The notes beneath the pieces were generated by a model. The model made no database searches and was not told the DNA's origin. It saw only the letters and a list, made by a program, of their open reading frames with translations. 64,000 nt of DNA from Kiritimatiellia bacterium (GTDB taxonomy: Bacteria; Verrucomicrobiota; Kiritimatiellia; PWTM01), in contig JAOACR010000014.1 in the NCBI GenBank assembly GCA_026417735.1, forward strand, positions 70,829 to 134,828, written 5' to 3'. A program made the translations under genes and the position numbers. This document shows, piece by piece, positions 37,301-45,457 of this stretch (its first letter is position 1; each line of letters begins with the position of its first letter).

Positions 37301-37824
37301 TGTACCCGAAGGTGTTCCTCGATTTCGCGCACCACCGGCGCCAGTACGGCGACACGTCGCTGCTGCCGACCGATGTCTTCTTCTACGGCATGACGCCGGG
37401 CCGCGAAATCACCGTCGACCTCGAACCCGGCAAGACGATCATCGTTCGATTGCTCGCGGTCGGTCAGCCGGGCGACGACGGCGCGCGCGATGTATTCTTC
37501 GAACTGAACGGCCAGCCGCAGAACGTCCGCATCGTGGATCGGTCGCACAAGAGCGCGACGGTCCGCCGCAAGAAGGCGGAACCCGACGCGCCGGGCCACA
37601 TCGCCGCGCCGATGCCCGGCAAGATCTCCACGCTGGCGGTGCAGGTTGGCCAGTCGGTGAAACCGGGTGACAAACTGCTCAGCATCGAGGCGATGAAAAT
37701 GGAGACCGCGGTCTATGCGCCGGTCGGCGGCGTGATCCGCGAACTCCACGTACAGCCCGGCACCGCGGTCGAGACGCGCGACCTGCTGCTGGTGATTGAA
37801 CCTGCGGGCAGCAAAGCGGCCTGA
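34363..37824 (+). CDS. pyc: Pyruvate carboxylase (biotin carboxylase + carboxyltransferase + biotinyl domains, single chain)
   Basis: 1153 aa. BC N-terminus (MRKIEKLLVANRSEIAIRVIRGA), central pyruvate carboxyltransferase TIM barrel, C-terminal biotinyl site EAMKME. Confidence 0.95.
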   Translation: MRKIEKLLVANRSEIAIRVIRGAAELGLRTVAIYSQEDRFALHRFKADETYLIGEGKGPVGAYLDIPGIVALAKKVGADAIHPGYGFLSENAEFARACRDAGILFIGPTPEMLATFGDKIAAKQIAQQVGVPTVPGTDKPVRPGPELRRAAARIGYPLILKASFGGGGRGMRVVEKAADLEPKLEEAMREAGGAFGNPAVFIERYIRRARHIEVQILGDGRGGIRHLWERDCSVQRRHQKVVEIAPAPNLDPELRRRICEAAVRMTRAVNYLCAGTVEFLVDADTGEFYFIEVNPRIQVEHTVTEMVTGIDIVRAQILLAQGHDFDSPELAIPPQEEIRANGFAIQCRITTEDPENRFIPDYGRISTYRSPAGFGIRLDGGTAYTGAVITPYYDSLLVKVTAWAPTFAQTIQRMNRALSEFRIGGVRTNIAFLNHLILHPTFQRGEATTTFIDDTPELFRWPKRRDSASRLLAFLGEVIVNGNPEVKGRSDGRALPTPRIPPVPAGEPPAGLRQQLQALGPKKFADWILTQRRLFLTDTTFRDAHQSLLATRVRTRDMVNIAPFVAHRLSGLFSLEMWGGATFDAAMRFLKEDPFERLAELRRAIPNIPFQMLLRAGNAVGYTNYPDDVVRRFVHGAAERGIDIFRIFDCLNWLPNLRPAMDAVLETGAVCEPAICYTGDLLDPRRDKYSLKYYVKLAKQLEKAGAHILGIKDMAGLCKPYAAGKLVKALREEISIPIHFHTHDTAGVQAAAILQAAEAGASIADCAVESMSGFTSQVNLNSIVAAFRNTPRDTGLDADALSEYAAYWEAVRALYYPFEAGMKSSTAEVYRHEIPGGQVTNLQEQARSLGLADRWPEVLRAYAQVNELFGDIVKVTPTSKVVGDMALFMVANNLKPEDVLDETRQLSFPESVVELFEGKLGQPVGGWPKKLQQIVLRGRKPLTRRPGELLPPTDFEAIRRELAAKLHEEPTETDLLAYLMYPKVFLDFAHHRRQYGDTSLLPTDVFFYGMTPGREITVDLEPGKTIIVRLLAVGQPGDDGARDVFFELNGQPQNVRIVDRSHKSATVRRKKAEPDAPGHIAAPMPGKISTLAVQVGQSVKPGDKLLSIEAMKMETAVYAPVGGVIRELHVQPGTAVETRDLLLVIEPAGSKAA

Positions 37825-37826
37825 TC

Positions 37827-38624
37827 GTGCGCGACCCGATCCGTTCCGGTCCCTTGCGTCGCGCGGTCGCTCCGGCGCAGGTGCGAGTGTGGTCGCGGCT
37901 CGGTTCCACTCAGCAGCGCGCGATCGCAATGCTGGAGGCGGGCCGGCTCCGTCCGCCGGCGCTCCTGGTGGCCGCCCACCAGACCGCCGGCATCGGCCGG
38001 GGCACCAATCGATGGTGGGCGGATGAGGGATCCCTCTGCGCAACGCTGGTGCTCCCCGTGGTGCCAGCGATGCCCGTCGGCCAGGTGCCGCTGCGGGCCG
38101 GCCTGGCCGTCGCCGAGACGCTCGCCCGACATCTGCCGCCTCGCACCGTGCAGGTGAAGTGGCCGAACGACGTGTGGATGCGCGGCCGCAAGCTCGCCGG
38201 CATCCTCTCCGCCCGGGTGCGGGAAGCGGACGTGATCGGCATTGGCATCAACGTCACCACCGACCTGCGCCGCGCACCGGCCGACGTGCGCGCGATCGCC
38301 ACCTCGCTGCGCGAGTGGCTCCCCGCTCCTCCTTCGCGCGCTGCGCTACTGGTAGAGATCTGGCAGGCCGTGCTCGCCACACGCGCGGCCACCGACTGGA
38401 TGGAACGCTACCGTAAACGCCACGCGCTCGAAAACCGGCTCGTGCTCGCGGAGCTCAATGGCCGCCTCGTGCGGGGACGGTGCGAGGGCCTGGACAACGA
38501 GGGGCGGCTGCGCCTGGCCGTCGGTGGCGCACACCTGGCCATCACCGAAGCGACGGTGCAGCTCTGTGGCCGCTCCTCGGGCCAGCCGAAGTCCGCCACT
38601 GCAACCGGCCTCGAGATCGCCTGA
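37827..38624 (+). CDS. birA: Biotin--[acetyl-CoA-carboxylase] ligase (catalytic domain, no N-terminal HTH evident)
   Basis: BPL catalytic motif (QTAGIGRGTNRWWADEGSL, KWPNDVWMRGRKLAGIL). Starts 3 nt after the pyc stop. Confidence 0.85.
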   Translation: MRDPIRSGPLRRAVAPAQVRVWSRLGSTQQRAIAMLEAGRLRPPALLVAAHQTAGIGRGTNRWWADEGSLCATLVLPVVPAMPVGQVPLRAGLAVAETLARHLPPRTVQVKWPNDVWMRGRKLAGILSARVREADVIGIGINVTTDLRRAPADVRAIATSLREWLPAPPSRAALLVEIWQAVLATRAATDWMERYRKRHALENRLVLAELNGRLVRGRCEGLDNEGRLRLAVGGAHLAITEATVQLCGRSSGQPKSATATGLEIA

Positions 38625-38903
38625 GCGGCTCTGGCGCCGACTTCGTCGACGTTCGCGACGTGTCTTGCGGGGCGCTCTTCGGACCGCGCCACCCGAAGCC
38701 TGAGCGCCATTCCAAGGCTCGGAACCCGCTGCCTCGGCGGCATCCCACATTTGGAGGGATCTCCGCCGCTACTCTGCCGGCGCCATCCGCAGGCGGGCAT
38801 CCCAACCCACGCGGCCCATCTGCGCGCGACGCGGCGGCCTATTGCACCCTTCCGGCTTTCCCTAGCCGCCCGGTTCGTCTATAGTGGCACTGGAGCTCAT
38901 TCC

Positions 38904-41363
38904 GTGGCTCATCTCGTTGCTGGGCGGCCGATCCCGCCCCTTCGCGGAGGGACGGTAGGGGCCTTTTGTGCGACGATCGTCGCGATGGGACTGACCGGCT
39001 GCGCGACCGTACCCACGAATCCCTACTTTTCCTCCGTGCGCTCCGCCGCAAATGTGTATGTGGCGCCGGTGCGCGCCGACGTTGTGAAGATCGCGGTGTT
39101 GCCGTTCAAAGCGCCCACGGAGCTGATCGGCGCATCCGTCGCGGACATGGTGGTGACGGAAATGCTGAAGCTCGGCCGCTACACGCTGGTGGAGCGCAGC
39201 CAAATGGCCGGCGTGCTGAGCGAAACCGAGCTGGCGATGGCGGGCCTCTCCGAACGCCGAGCGATGGAAGTGGGCCGGATGCTGGGCGCTGATGGCGTCG
39301 TGATCGGCACGGTGGATGAATACTCCACCCAGGCGCGGGGCGGCCGCACCCACGCGGTGGTGGGTCTCTCGATCCGGCTGATCCACTCGCAGACCGGCCA
39401 GATTCTCTGGAGCGCGGACCTCGCGAAAATGGCGGAGGACCCGAACGTGCCGCTGGCCGCGCACGGTCGAGCGGTGGTGCACGAGCTGATCGCAGGCTTG
39501 TATCAGCGTTTGGGCGCGCAGCGCTCCACGCCGGCGCCGGGCACCGCGATGGGCGCGCCCGTGCCGGCTTCCGCCCCCGCGGCACCTGCCCCGCCGCCAC
39601 CACCTCCTCCGCCACCGAGCGACCTGAAGGCTTCGGACCTCGGCCTTCGCGAGGTCACGCTGACCTGGAGCGTGCCGAGAGAAGCGATTTCGGCCTACCG
39701 CATCGAGCGCGCCGAGTCGCTGCAGGGGCCTTTCGTAAAGATTGCGGAAGTCTCACCCCTACGGGGCATGTACACCGATCGGGATGGCCTGAAAGATTCG
39801 TCGACCTACTACTACCGCATCATCGCGGTGGCTGGCCCCGGCCGACTGAGCGAGCCATCCAGGCCCGTCGAAAGCATGACTGCACCACCCCCGGATCCGC
39901 CGCCGACGGTGAGCGCCGTCGCCACGGGATCTCGCGCGGTGACGCTCACGTGGACCGCACCCCGCGCGGAGGGCATTGTGCGCTACCGGATAGAGCGCGC
40001 GTTGGCGGCGGACCTCCAGCGGCAGTGGGTCCCGCGGGGCGAGACCACCGGCACGACATTGGTCGACGGCGGCCGGCCCGGCACGGACCTACTGGATAGC
40101 ACGGAGTACCTCTACCGCGTCGCTTCGATCAACCGGGTCGGCGCAGTGGGGCCGCCCTCCGAGCCGGTCCGAGTCATGACGCTGCCACCGCCGGCACCCA
40201 TTGCGGATCTGCGCGCCGCCTCGGACGAAGTGCGGTGCGTTCCGCTGCGCTGGACGGCCAGCCCGGAAGGGGATGTGACGGGGTACGAAATTGAACGCCG
40301 CGCCCCCGGAGAGGACGCGTTCAGGCTGCTGGTGACCGTTCAGGGCCGACTGAGCACCAACCACCTCGACGGCCTGCGCGATCCCGGCAATCTGAAGGAT
40401 GAGGCCTGCTACATCTACCGCATCCGGCCGTTCAATGCGGTGGGCTCTCGCGGCGCGTGGTCGCCGCCGGTGGAGGCCGTCACTCGGGCACCGCCGCCCG
40501 CTCCCCAAAGCGTCAGCGCACGCTCCGGCCTCCCGCGCGCGGTTGAAGTTGCGTGGGCCGCCTCGCCGGATTTAAAGGTCACCGGCTATCGAATCGAACG
40601 TGGGGAGGGTGAAACTGGCCCCTTCGTGCTCGTCGGCCAGGTGAGCGGCCTGACAACAACGCAGTTTCTGGACCGGGCCGGCGCGTCGAGGTCGTCGCCG
40701 GTCGGCCATTTGAAGGACGGTACGCGGTACCGTTACCGCGTCAGCGCGTTCAACACCGCGAATGCCGCGTCGCCGTGGTCCGAGACGGTGTTGGCGACCA
40801 CGAAACCCGCGCCCTCCGTGCCGACCGGCCTCACCGCGACGACTAACCGCCCCAAGTCCGTTGCCCTCGCCTGGGCTCCCAACCCCGAGCCGGACATCGT
40901 CCGCTACGTGGTGGAATCCCGTGCGGCGGACAGTTCGCGCTGGCGCGAGGTGATCAGCACCAGCGGCACCGTCGCAGTGCACGCGGGGTTGAACGACGGC
41001 GAAGTTCGGTATTACCGCCTCCGCGCGGTGGATCGCGACACCCTGGAGAGCGCCGCCTCCGCAGAGGCCCGCGGCGCGGCGCGGCCGCTGCCGCCGGCGC
41101 CGGAGAGCCTGGCGGCGGAATGGACAGCGGAGGGCGCACGACTGAGCTGGGAGGGGCGGCCGGGCATGAAGGAATACCGCCTCTATCGCAAAGGATTTCT
41201 GTCGTCGGAACGGCTACTGGCGGTTGCCGGGCCGCCGGCATTGCTGCCGGCGGCGGTGGTCGGAAAAGGTTTGACGGTGGTGGTCACGGCGGTGGACGAG
41301 GAAGACCTGGAGAGCCGGCCATCGGCGGCGATTAAGATCCGCCCGCCGGCAGCGCCGCGTTGA
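38904..41363 (+). CDS. Lipoprotein with an N-terminal CsgG/LpoB-like domain, Pro-rich linker and six fibronectin type III repeats
   Basis: The ORF is open from 38751. An in-frame GTG at 38904 gives a 32-aa signal ending in lipobox L-T-G-C; the ATG at 38985 leaves only 5 aa before the Cys. Domain motif VKIAVLPF...GRYTLVERSQ...LGADGVVIGTV. PPPPPPPPP linker. Six ~95-aa FN3 units with tyrosine corners (YYYRIIAV, YLYRVASI, YIYRIRPF, YRYRVSAF, RYYRLRAV). Confidence 0.75.
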   Translation: MAHLVAGRPIPPLRGGTVGAFCATIVAMGLTGCATVPTNPYFSSVRSAANVYVAPVRADVVKIAVLPFKAPTELIGASVADMVVTEMLKLGRYTLVERSQMAGVLSETELAMAGLSERRAMEVGRMLGADGVVIGTVDEYSTQARGGRTHAVVGLSIRLIHSQTGQILWSADLAKMAEDPNVPLAAHGRAVVHELIAGLYQRLGAQRSTPAPGTAMGAPVPASAPAAPAPPPPPPPPPSDLKASDLGLREVTLTWSVPREAISAYRIERAESLQGPFVKIAEVSPLRGMYTDRDGLKDSSTYYYRIIAVAGPGRLSEPSRPVESMTAPPPDPPPTVSAVATGSRAVTLTWTAPRAEGIVRYRIERALAADLQRQWVPRGETTGTTLVDGGRPGTDLLDSTEYLYRVASINRVGAVGPPSEPVRVMTLPPPAPIADLRAASDEVRCVPLRWTASPEGDVTGYEIERRAPGEDAFRLLVTVQGRLSTNHLDGLRDPGNLKDEACYIYRIRPFNAVGSRGAWSPPVEAVTRAPPPAPQSVSARSGLPRAVEVAWAASPDLKVTGYRIERGEGETGPFVLVGQVSGLTTTQFLDRAGASRSSPVGHLKDGTRYRYRVSAFNTANAASPWSETVLATTKPAPSVPTGLTATTNRPKSVALAWAPNPEPDIVRYVVESRAADSSRWREVISTSGTVAVHAGLNDGEVRYYRLRAVDRDTLESAASAEARGAARPLPPAPESLAAEWTAEGARLSWEGRPGMKEYRLYRKGFLSSERLLAVAGPPALLPAAVVGKGLTVVVTAVDEEDLESRPSAAIKIRPPAAPR
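39621..41363 (+). repeat. Six tandem FN3-like coding repeats (protein level) within the lipoprotein gene
   Basis: Each unit begins around (L/V)T(W/L)xW.. and ends ..Y.YR..A.N..G..G..S.PV; the DNA copies are diverged. Confidence 0.6.
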
Positions 41364-41512
41364 GACCTCCGGATTCGGCGGCCCGCGCGGCACGAGGAGC
41401 CGTGCGATGAAGGATCGCCGCAGCATGCGGCATCGGTGCGCGAGGCCGTGCCCCGAGAAGCGGGTGGTGTTGAACGTGTTCGGCGGCAAGCCGTACAGGG
41501 AGGATCAGCATC

Positions 41513-44500
41513 ATGAACGCGGTTGAGTTCCAGGGGGAGTCTGGTCGGCCCGGGACCGGGCACACCGTGTTCGCTACAACGGTTTTCTGCCTGACGATCC
41601 TCTCGGCAACGGTCGGGTCCGCCGCCGGTCCTCCCGGCTCGGACCGCGAGGAGAACGCGGGGGGGTATCGGGCGCCCGTGGGCACGGCCGGACATCGCGC
41701 GGGCGAGAGTGGCGGGGCGGCGGCCGCCCCATCCGCGGCGCGCGATCCCGAGCGCGAAGCCGCTTGGCAACGGGCGCGCGCGGAGGCAAACCGGCGGGTG
41801 CGGGAGTTTGAATCGGCGCTGCAGTCCGGCGATCCCGCGCGGATCCGGCGCAGCGCCCTTGACTTGCAATCGGACCCGCTGGCGATCCACCACATCAACC
41901 GCAACCGCCCGGATCTCGTGGAGGCGAACAATCAAGTGGTGCGCGAGATCCGCACCGAGGCGACCCGGCAGATGCGCGAGGCGGCGGCGCGAGAATGGAA
42001 CCGCGCAAACCCCGACAAGCCGCCCGTCACCGCCGACGATGTCGAAATCTACCAACCCCGCAACTGGCGCAGCCCGGACGCGCCGGCGACCAGCCCCCAG
42101 GACTGGGACGTCACCGTCCGGGTGCGCGGACAGGATCTTCCGCCAAGCCGCGCACGACGCATCGTCGAGGAATCGTTTTACCACGCCGCGGGCGGCGAGC
42201 AGACCTTTGGCAAGGGAGCAACCCCGGAAAGTGTCGCACGACGCCAGCGCGTCGAGACCACCAGCGGCCGAAGCCCGGAAGCCTACAATGAACCGCAGAG
42301 AATTCTCGGTACACCGGACGCACCGCCGCGGCCCGGCGAACCACTCCGTGATCCGGAACAACTGACCCGCGCCATCGAGCACAAGAGCAACGCGGCGCGA
42401 AACGAGTCGGATGCCGCCCGAGGCCGGGGCGACCCCGTTCAGGCAGCGCACCACGAATTCGACCAGATGTACCAGGCCGCCAAACAGTACGAGCGCATCA
42501 CCAGACCCCGCGTTGAAGCGGCGGGCGGGCGGGTGGATCCGCGGGTGGAGGAGGGCATGCGGATTCTGGGACAGGTCGGTCCGGACGGCATTTCGCCGGA
42601 AGAGGCACGGGCCCGGCTCGCGCAAATGGGCGAAACGCCAGAGTCGATCATCCGCAAGGCGTCGGGTCAGGCGGAGGCGGCCCAGGTGCTCGGCAGGGGA
42701 CGCGGCACTCAGGCGGACACGCCGGAGGGGGCCGCACGCGGCGCCACAGATGCGCCCGAAGGCCGGGCTCGCGGCCCCTCGGATGCGCCGGAGGCCCCAC
42801 CTCGAGGCCCCTCCGATACCCCCGACCGCGTGCCGGGCAGAGTCGGCAAAGCGCTGGAAACCGTTGGAAAGGGCATGCAGGCAGTGGACATCCTCGCAGG
42901 TGCGGACGACGCCAAAAAGGCAATCCAGGACGGGGACATGGGGAAACTGCGGGACAGTGTGGTCAACACCGCGGATGGGCTGGCGGGCGGTCCCCTCGCC
43001 ACCGGCCGAATGCTCGAGGAGCGCCTGGGCAAGAACCGCACCGAGAAAAATGAAGCACAAGAACAGGCGCGCCAGGCGGCCGAAGCGGAGCTGGAGCAGC
43101 GTATGCGCGTGGAACTTCGGCAAAGCGGGCTCTCAAAGGCCGAAGTGGAGGCGATCATGGAGGCGCGCGCGCGCGGTGATGACCGGCCGCTGCGCGACGC
43201 CTACGAGAGGGCGGGCCGAACGCCACCGAAAGGTGAGTCGCCGGATCCTGGCTGGCGCGACTCCCTGAACAACTACGGTTCGGAAGTGGTCGCGAACACG
43301 AAGGAGGTCGCGCAGGGAATCGCGGACCGCGCGGAGAAGGCGAAAAACTTCGTCACTCAGACCGGCCGGGACCTCGCGGAGATCGGCGCGGGGCTGACCG
43401 AGAAAGGGGTCGCCCGCGAGCTGATCGAGAAACAGAAAGACAACCTGACGAAGGACAACCTGAAGGCCGGCGTGGAACACCTTGCGGAAAAGGGGAAGGA
43501 ACTGATCGGGGTGAAAGAGACCGATCGCGAACGCGAGGGCCGCGCTGCACAGGATCTCGCCGAGAAGCTGATCGAAAAGGGTGTCGATCCGGAGACCGCC
43601 CGGCGGGTGGCCGGCGACTACATCACCCATGCGGGCGGCAAGGGGACACGGGGACAGCTGCGCGACGTGCTCGAGAGCGCGCGTTCCTCTTCCAAGGGTG
43701 GCATCTCCGCTGCCGGGACGGCGACCGAAGGAGGAAGTCGTGAAAAGGACGCGCGCACGACCTCCGCCCGGAGCGGCCCGCAGAAAGAACGCACCGAGTC
43801 AGCCCGCGAACGTCCCCCGGATCGTGAGGTCGCACCGTCCCCCTCGCCGCCGACGACCGCGGGCCGCGAACGCGGCCCTTCGAAGGAAGACAGGGAGGCA
43901 CCGCGCAACGACGCCGGCGAGCGGGTGGATGCCGGACAGTACCGCGACGGTGACACGATCGTCGTGCGCGACGGCACTGAATACGTGAAGCAGGGCGACC
44001 GGTGGGAGAAAACAGGTCGCAACTATGGTTCCTACACCGCCGAACGCGGTGCGCGCGGCGGTCTGGCTGGCGCGGAGCCGGCGGCGGGCGCGACGGCCAG
44101 CCGCGGCGATGCGAGCTCACGGGCCGGCGGTCTCGGGGGCCTGATCGACGGCCGGAGCGAGAAAACTTCCGCCCAGACGCAGGGAGCGCTCGGTCTGATG
44201 GGCGGTCAACAGAATCTCGCGCACGCCTCCACCCGCGGTGACGCTGCTGCGCGGGATGCGCGGACGCTGGTGGATGCCGCCGGCCGGGAGGCGCATACGT
44301 CGAGCCAGAAGTCGGCCGCCGACGTCGCCAGCGCCAATCGGGAGGGCGGTTGGGGCAAAGCCGTTGCCGACGGAGTCCAGCAGGCGGTCGAAAAAGGTCT
44401 GACGGCAGCGGGCCAGTCGTTGGGCAAGGCCGCCGCGGACGCCGCCGCCAACTCGATATTCAAGGACGGCCAGAGCGCCGGTGGTGCTCCGGCCACCGGC

Positions 44501-45073
44501 GCCTCCGCCGGAAGCGCGCCGGTGACCGCATCGGCTGGCGGCGCGTCGGCAAGAGGCGCCACGCGGACCGTCTCATCTGCCAGTGGCGGCAGCAGCCGCG
44601 GAGCGCGGTCGCACGGCGGAGGTGGTCGCGGAGAGCACCGCGACAGCAGCCGTCGTGATGATTCCGCCTCCGGCGCGCATGATGGCACGACATTGTCCGG
44701 CGAGGGCACGGGCGGCGTCACCGTGACCTGTCCCGGTTGCGGAAAACCAGTGAAGGCGGCGCCGGGCGAAAGCGTCCAGTGCCCCTACTGCGTGACGATG
44801 AACTGCCCGCGATGTGGATACTCCAAGAACTATCCGCGCGGGCAGGAGCCCGAGAGCTGCCCGATGTGCTATACGACCACCTGCGGGATCTGTGGCCGCA
44901 CGGGCTGGGCGCGGCGCGATCGCCCCGCCCCGCAGTGTCCGCACTGCATCCGTATCCGTTGCTCGCGCTGCGGTAGCCTCCTCTATCAGGGCGATCGCGC
45001 CTCCGCACCCGCATCGTTGCCCTGCGAGACCTGCACCGCACGCGCGAAGGCCGAGGCGGGAAAGGGGAACTAA
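41513..45073 (+). CDS. Giant (1186 aa) low-complexity protein with N-terminal hydrophobic anchor/signal and four C-terminal tandem zinc ribbons; function unknown
   Basis: Strong SD (AGGGAGGA) 8 nt before the ATG. Hydrophobic segment HTVFATTVFCLTILSATVGSAAG. ~1000 aa rich in A/G/R/E/D with short repeats (DAPEGRARGPSDAPEAPPRGPSDTPDR; LAEKGKELI/LAEKLIEKG). The C-terminal 116 aa carry 16 Cys as CxxC-x13-[CxxC-x4-CxxC]-x14-[CxxC-x4-CxxC]-x14-[CxxC-x4-CxxC]-x17-CxxC. Confidence 0.8.
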   Translation: MNAVEFQGESGRPGTGHTVFATTVFCLTILSATVGSAAGPPGSDREENAGGYRAPVGTAGHRAGESGGAAAAPSAARDPEREAAWQRARAEANRRVREFESALQSGDPARIRRSALDLQSDPLAIHHINRNRPDLVEANNQVVREIRTEATRQMREAAAREWNRANPDKPPVTADDVEIYQPRNWRSPDAPATSPQDWDVTVRVRGQDLPPSRARRIVEESFYHAAGGEQTFGKGATPESVARRQRVETTSGRSPEAYNEPQRILGTPDAPPRPGEPLRDPEQLTRAIEHKSNAARNESDAARGRGDPVQAAHHEFDQMYQAAKQYERITRPRVEAAGGRVDPRVEEGMRILGQVGPDGISPEEARARLAQMGETPESIIRKASGQAEAAQVLGRGRGTQADTPEGAARGATDAPEGRARGPSDAPEAPPRGPSDTPDRVPGRVGKALETVGKGMQAVDILAGADDAKKAIQDGDMGKLRDSVVNTADGLAGGPLATGRMLEERLGKNRTEKNEAQEQARQAAEAELEQRMRVELRQSGLSKAEVEAIMEARARGDDRPLRDAYERAGRTPPKGESPDPGWRDSLNNYGSEVVANTKEVAQGIADRAEKAKNFVTQTGRDLAEIGAGLTEKGVARELIEKQKDNLTKDNLKAGVEHLAEKGKELIGVKETDREREGRAAQDLAEKLIEKGVDPETARRVAGDYITHAGGKGTRGQLRDVLESARSSSKGGISAAGTATEGGSREKDARTTSARSGPQKERTESARERPPDREVAPSPSPPTTAGRERGPSKEDREAPRNDAGERVDAGQYRDGDTIVVRDGTEYVKQGDRWEKTGRNYGSYTAERGARGGLAGAEPAAGATASRGDASSRAGGLGGLIDGRSEKTSAQTQGALGLMGGQQNLAHASTRGDAAARDARTLVDAAGREAHTSSQKSAADVASANREGGWGKAVADGVQQAVEKGLTAAGQSLGKAAADAAANSIFKDGQSAGGAPATGASAGSAPVTASAGGASARGATRTVSSASGGSSRGARSHGGGGRGEHRDSSRRDDSASGAHDGTTLSGEGTGGVTVTCPGCGKPVKAAPGESVQCPYCVTMNCPRCGYSKNYPRGQEPESCPMCYTTTCGICGRTGWARRDRPAPQCPHCIRIRCSRCGSLLYQGDRASAPASLPCETCTARAKAEAGKGN
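44723..45070 (+). other. Cysteine-rich module: four consecutive zinc-ribbon-like units (8 CxxC pairs)
   Basis: CPGCGKPV..CPYCVTMNCPRCGY..CPMCYTTTCGICGRT..CPHCIRIRCSRCGS..CETC. Regular spacing suggests four Zn(Cys)4 ribbons. Confidence 0.6.
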
Positions 45074-45076
45074 ACG

Positions 45077-45457
45077 GTGGCGCCGGGCCGATCAGTTGTT
45101 GCCCAGCATTGGGCGGCGCTGCTCGTCGGCGTGGCCGTTGCCGCGACGGCTGCGGAAGACCGCGAGGCGGTCGCGAACGTGTTCCGCTCGGGCGAAGTGG
45201 CCGGCACCGCCTCAAATGACAGCCGCCGAACCGAACACATTGAGCACGCGATCGAGATGCTCGAAAAGAACGTTCGCGCGCTGGAAGTTCGGTTGGGGCG
45301 CGCAACACAGGCCCCCTCGCCATCCCACAACATCGAACGGCGGCTGCAGGAACTGGAACGTAGAATGGAGAGCATCGAACGGGAAGTGAAACGTCTGGAC
45401 GAACGCCTGCGCCGGCTCGAGGGGCGTCGACCGTCCGGAAGCGCGGGAGAGCGATGA
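45077..45457 (+). CDS. Small membrane-anchored coiled-coil protein
   Basis: GTG start 3 nt after the giant-protein stop. Hydrophobic N-terminus (WAALLVGVAVAATAA), then a heptad-like region (IEHAIEMLEKNVRALEVRLG...IERRLQELERRMESIEREVKRLDERLRRLEGR). Confidence 0.6.
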   Translation: MAPGRSVVAQHWAALLVGVAVAATAAEDREAVANVFRSGEVAGTASNDSRRTEHIEHAIEMLEKNVRALEVRLGRATQAPSPSHNIERRLQELERRMESIEREVKRLDERLRRLEGRRPSGSAGER

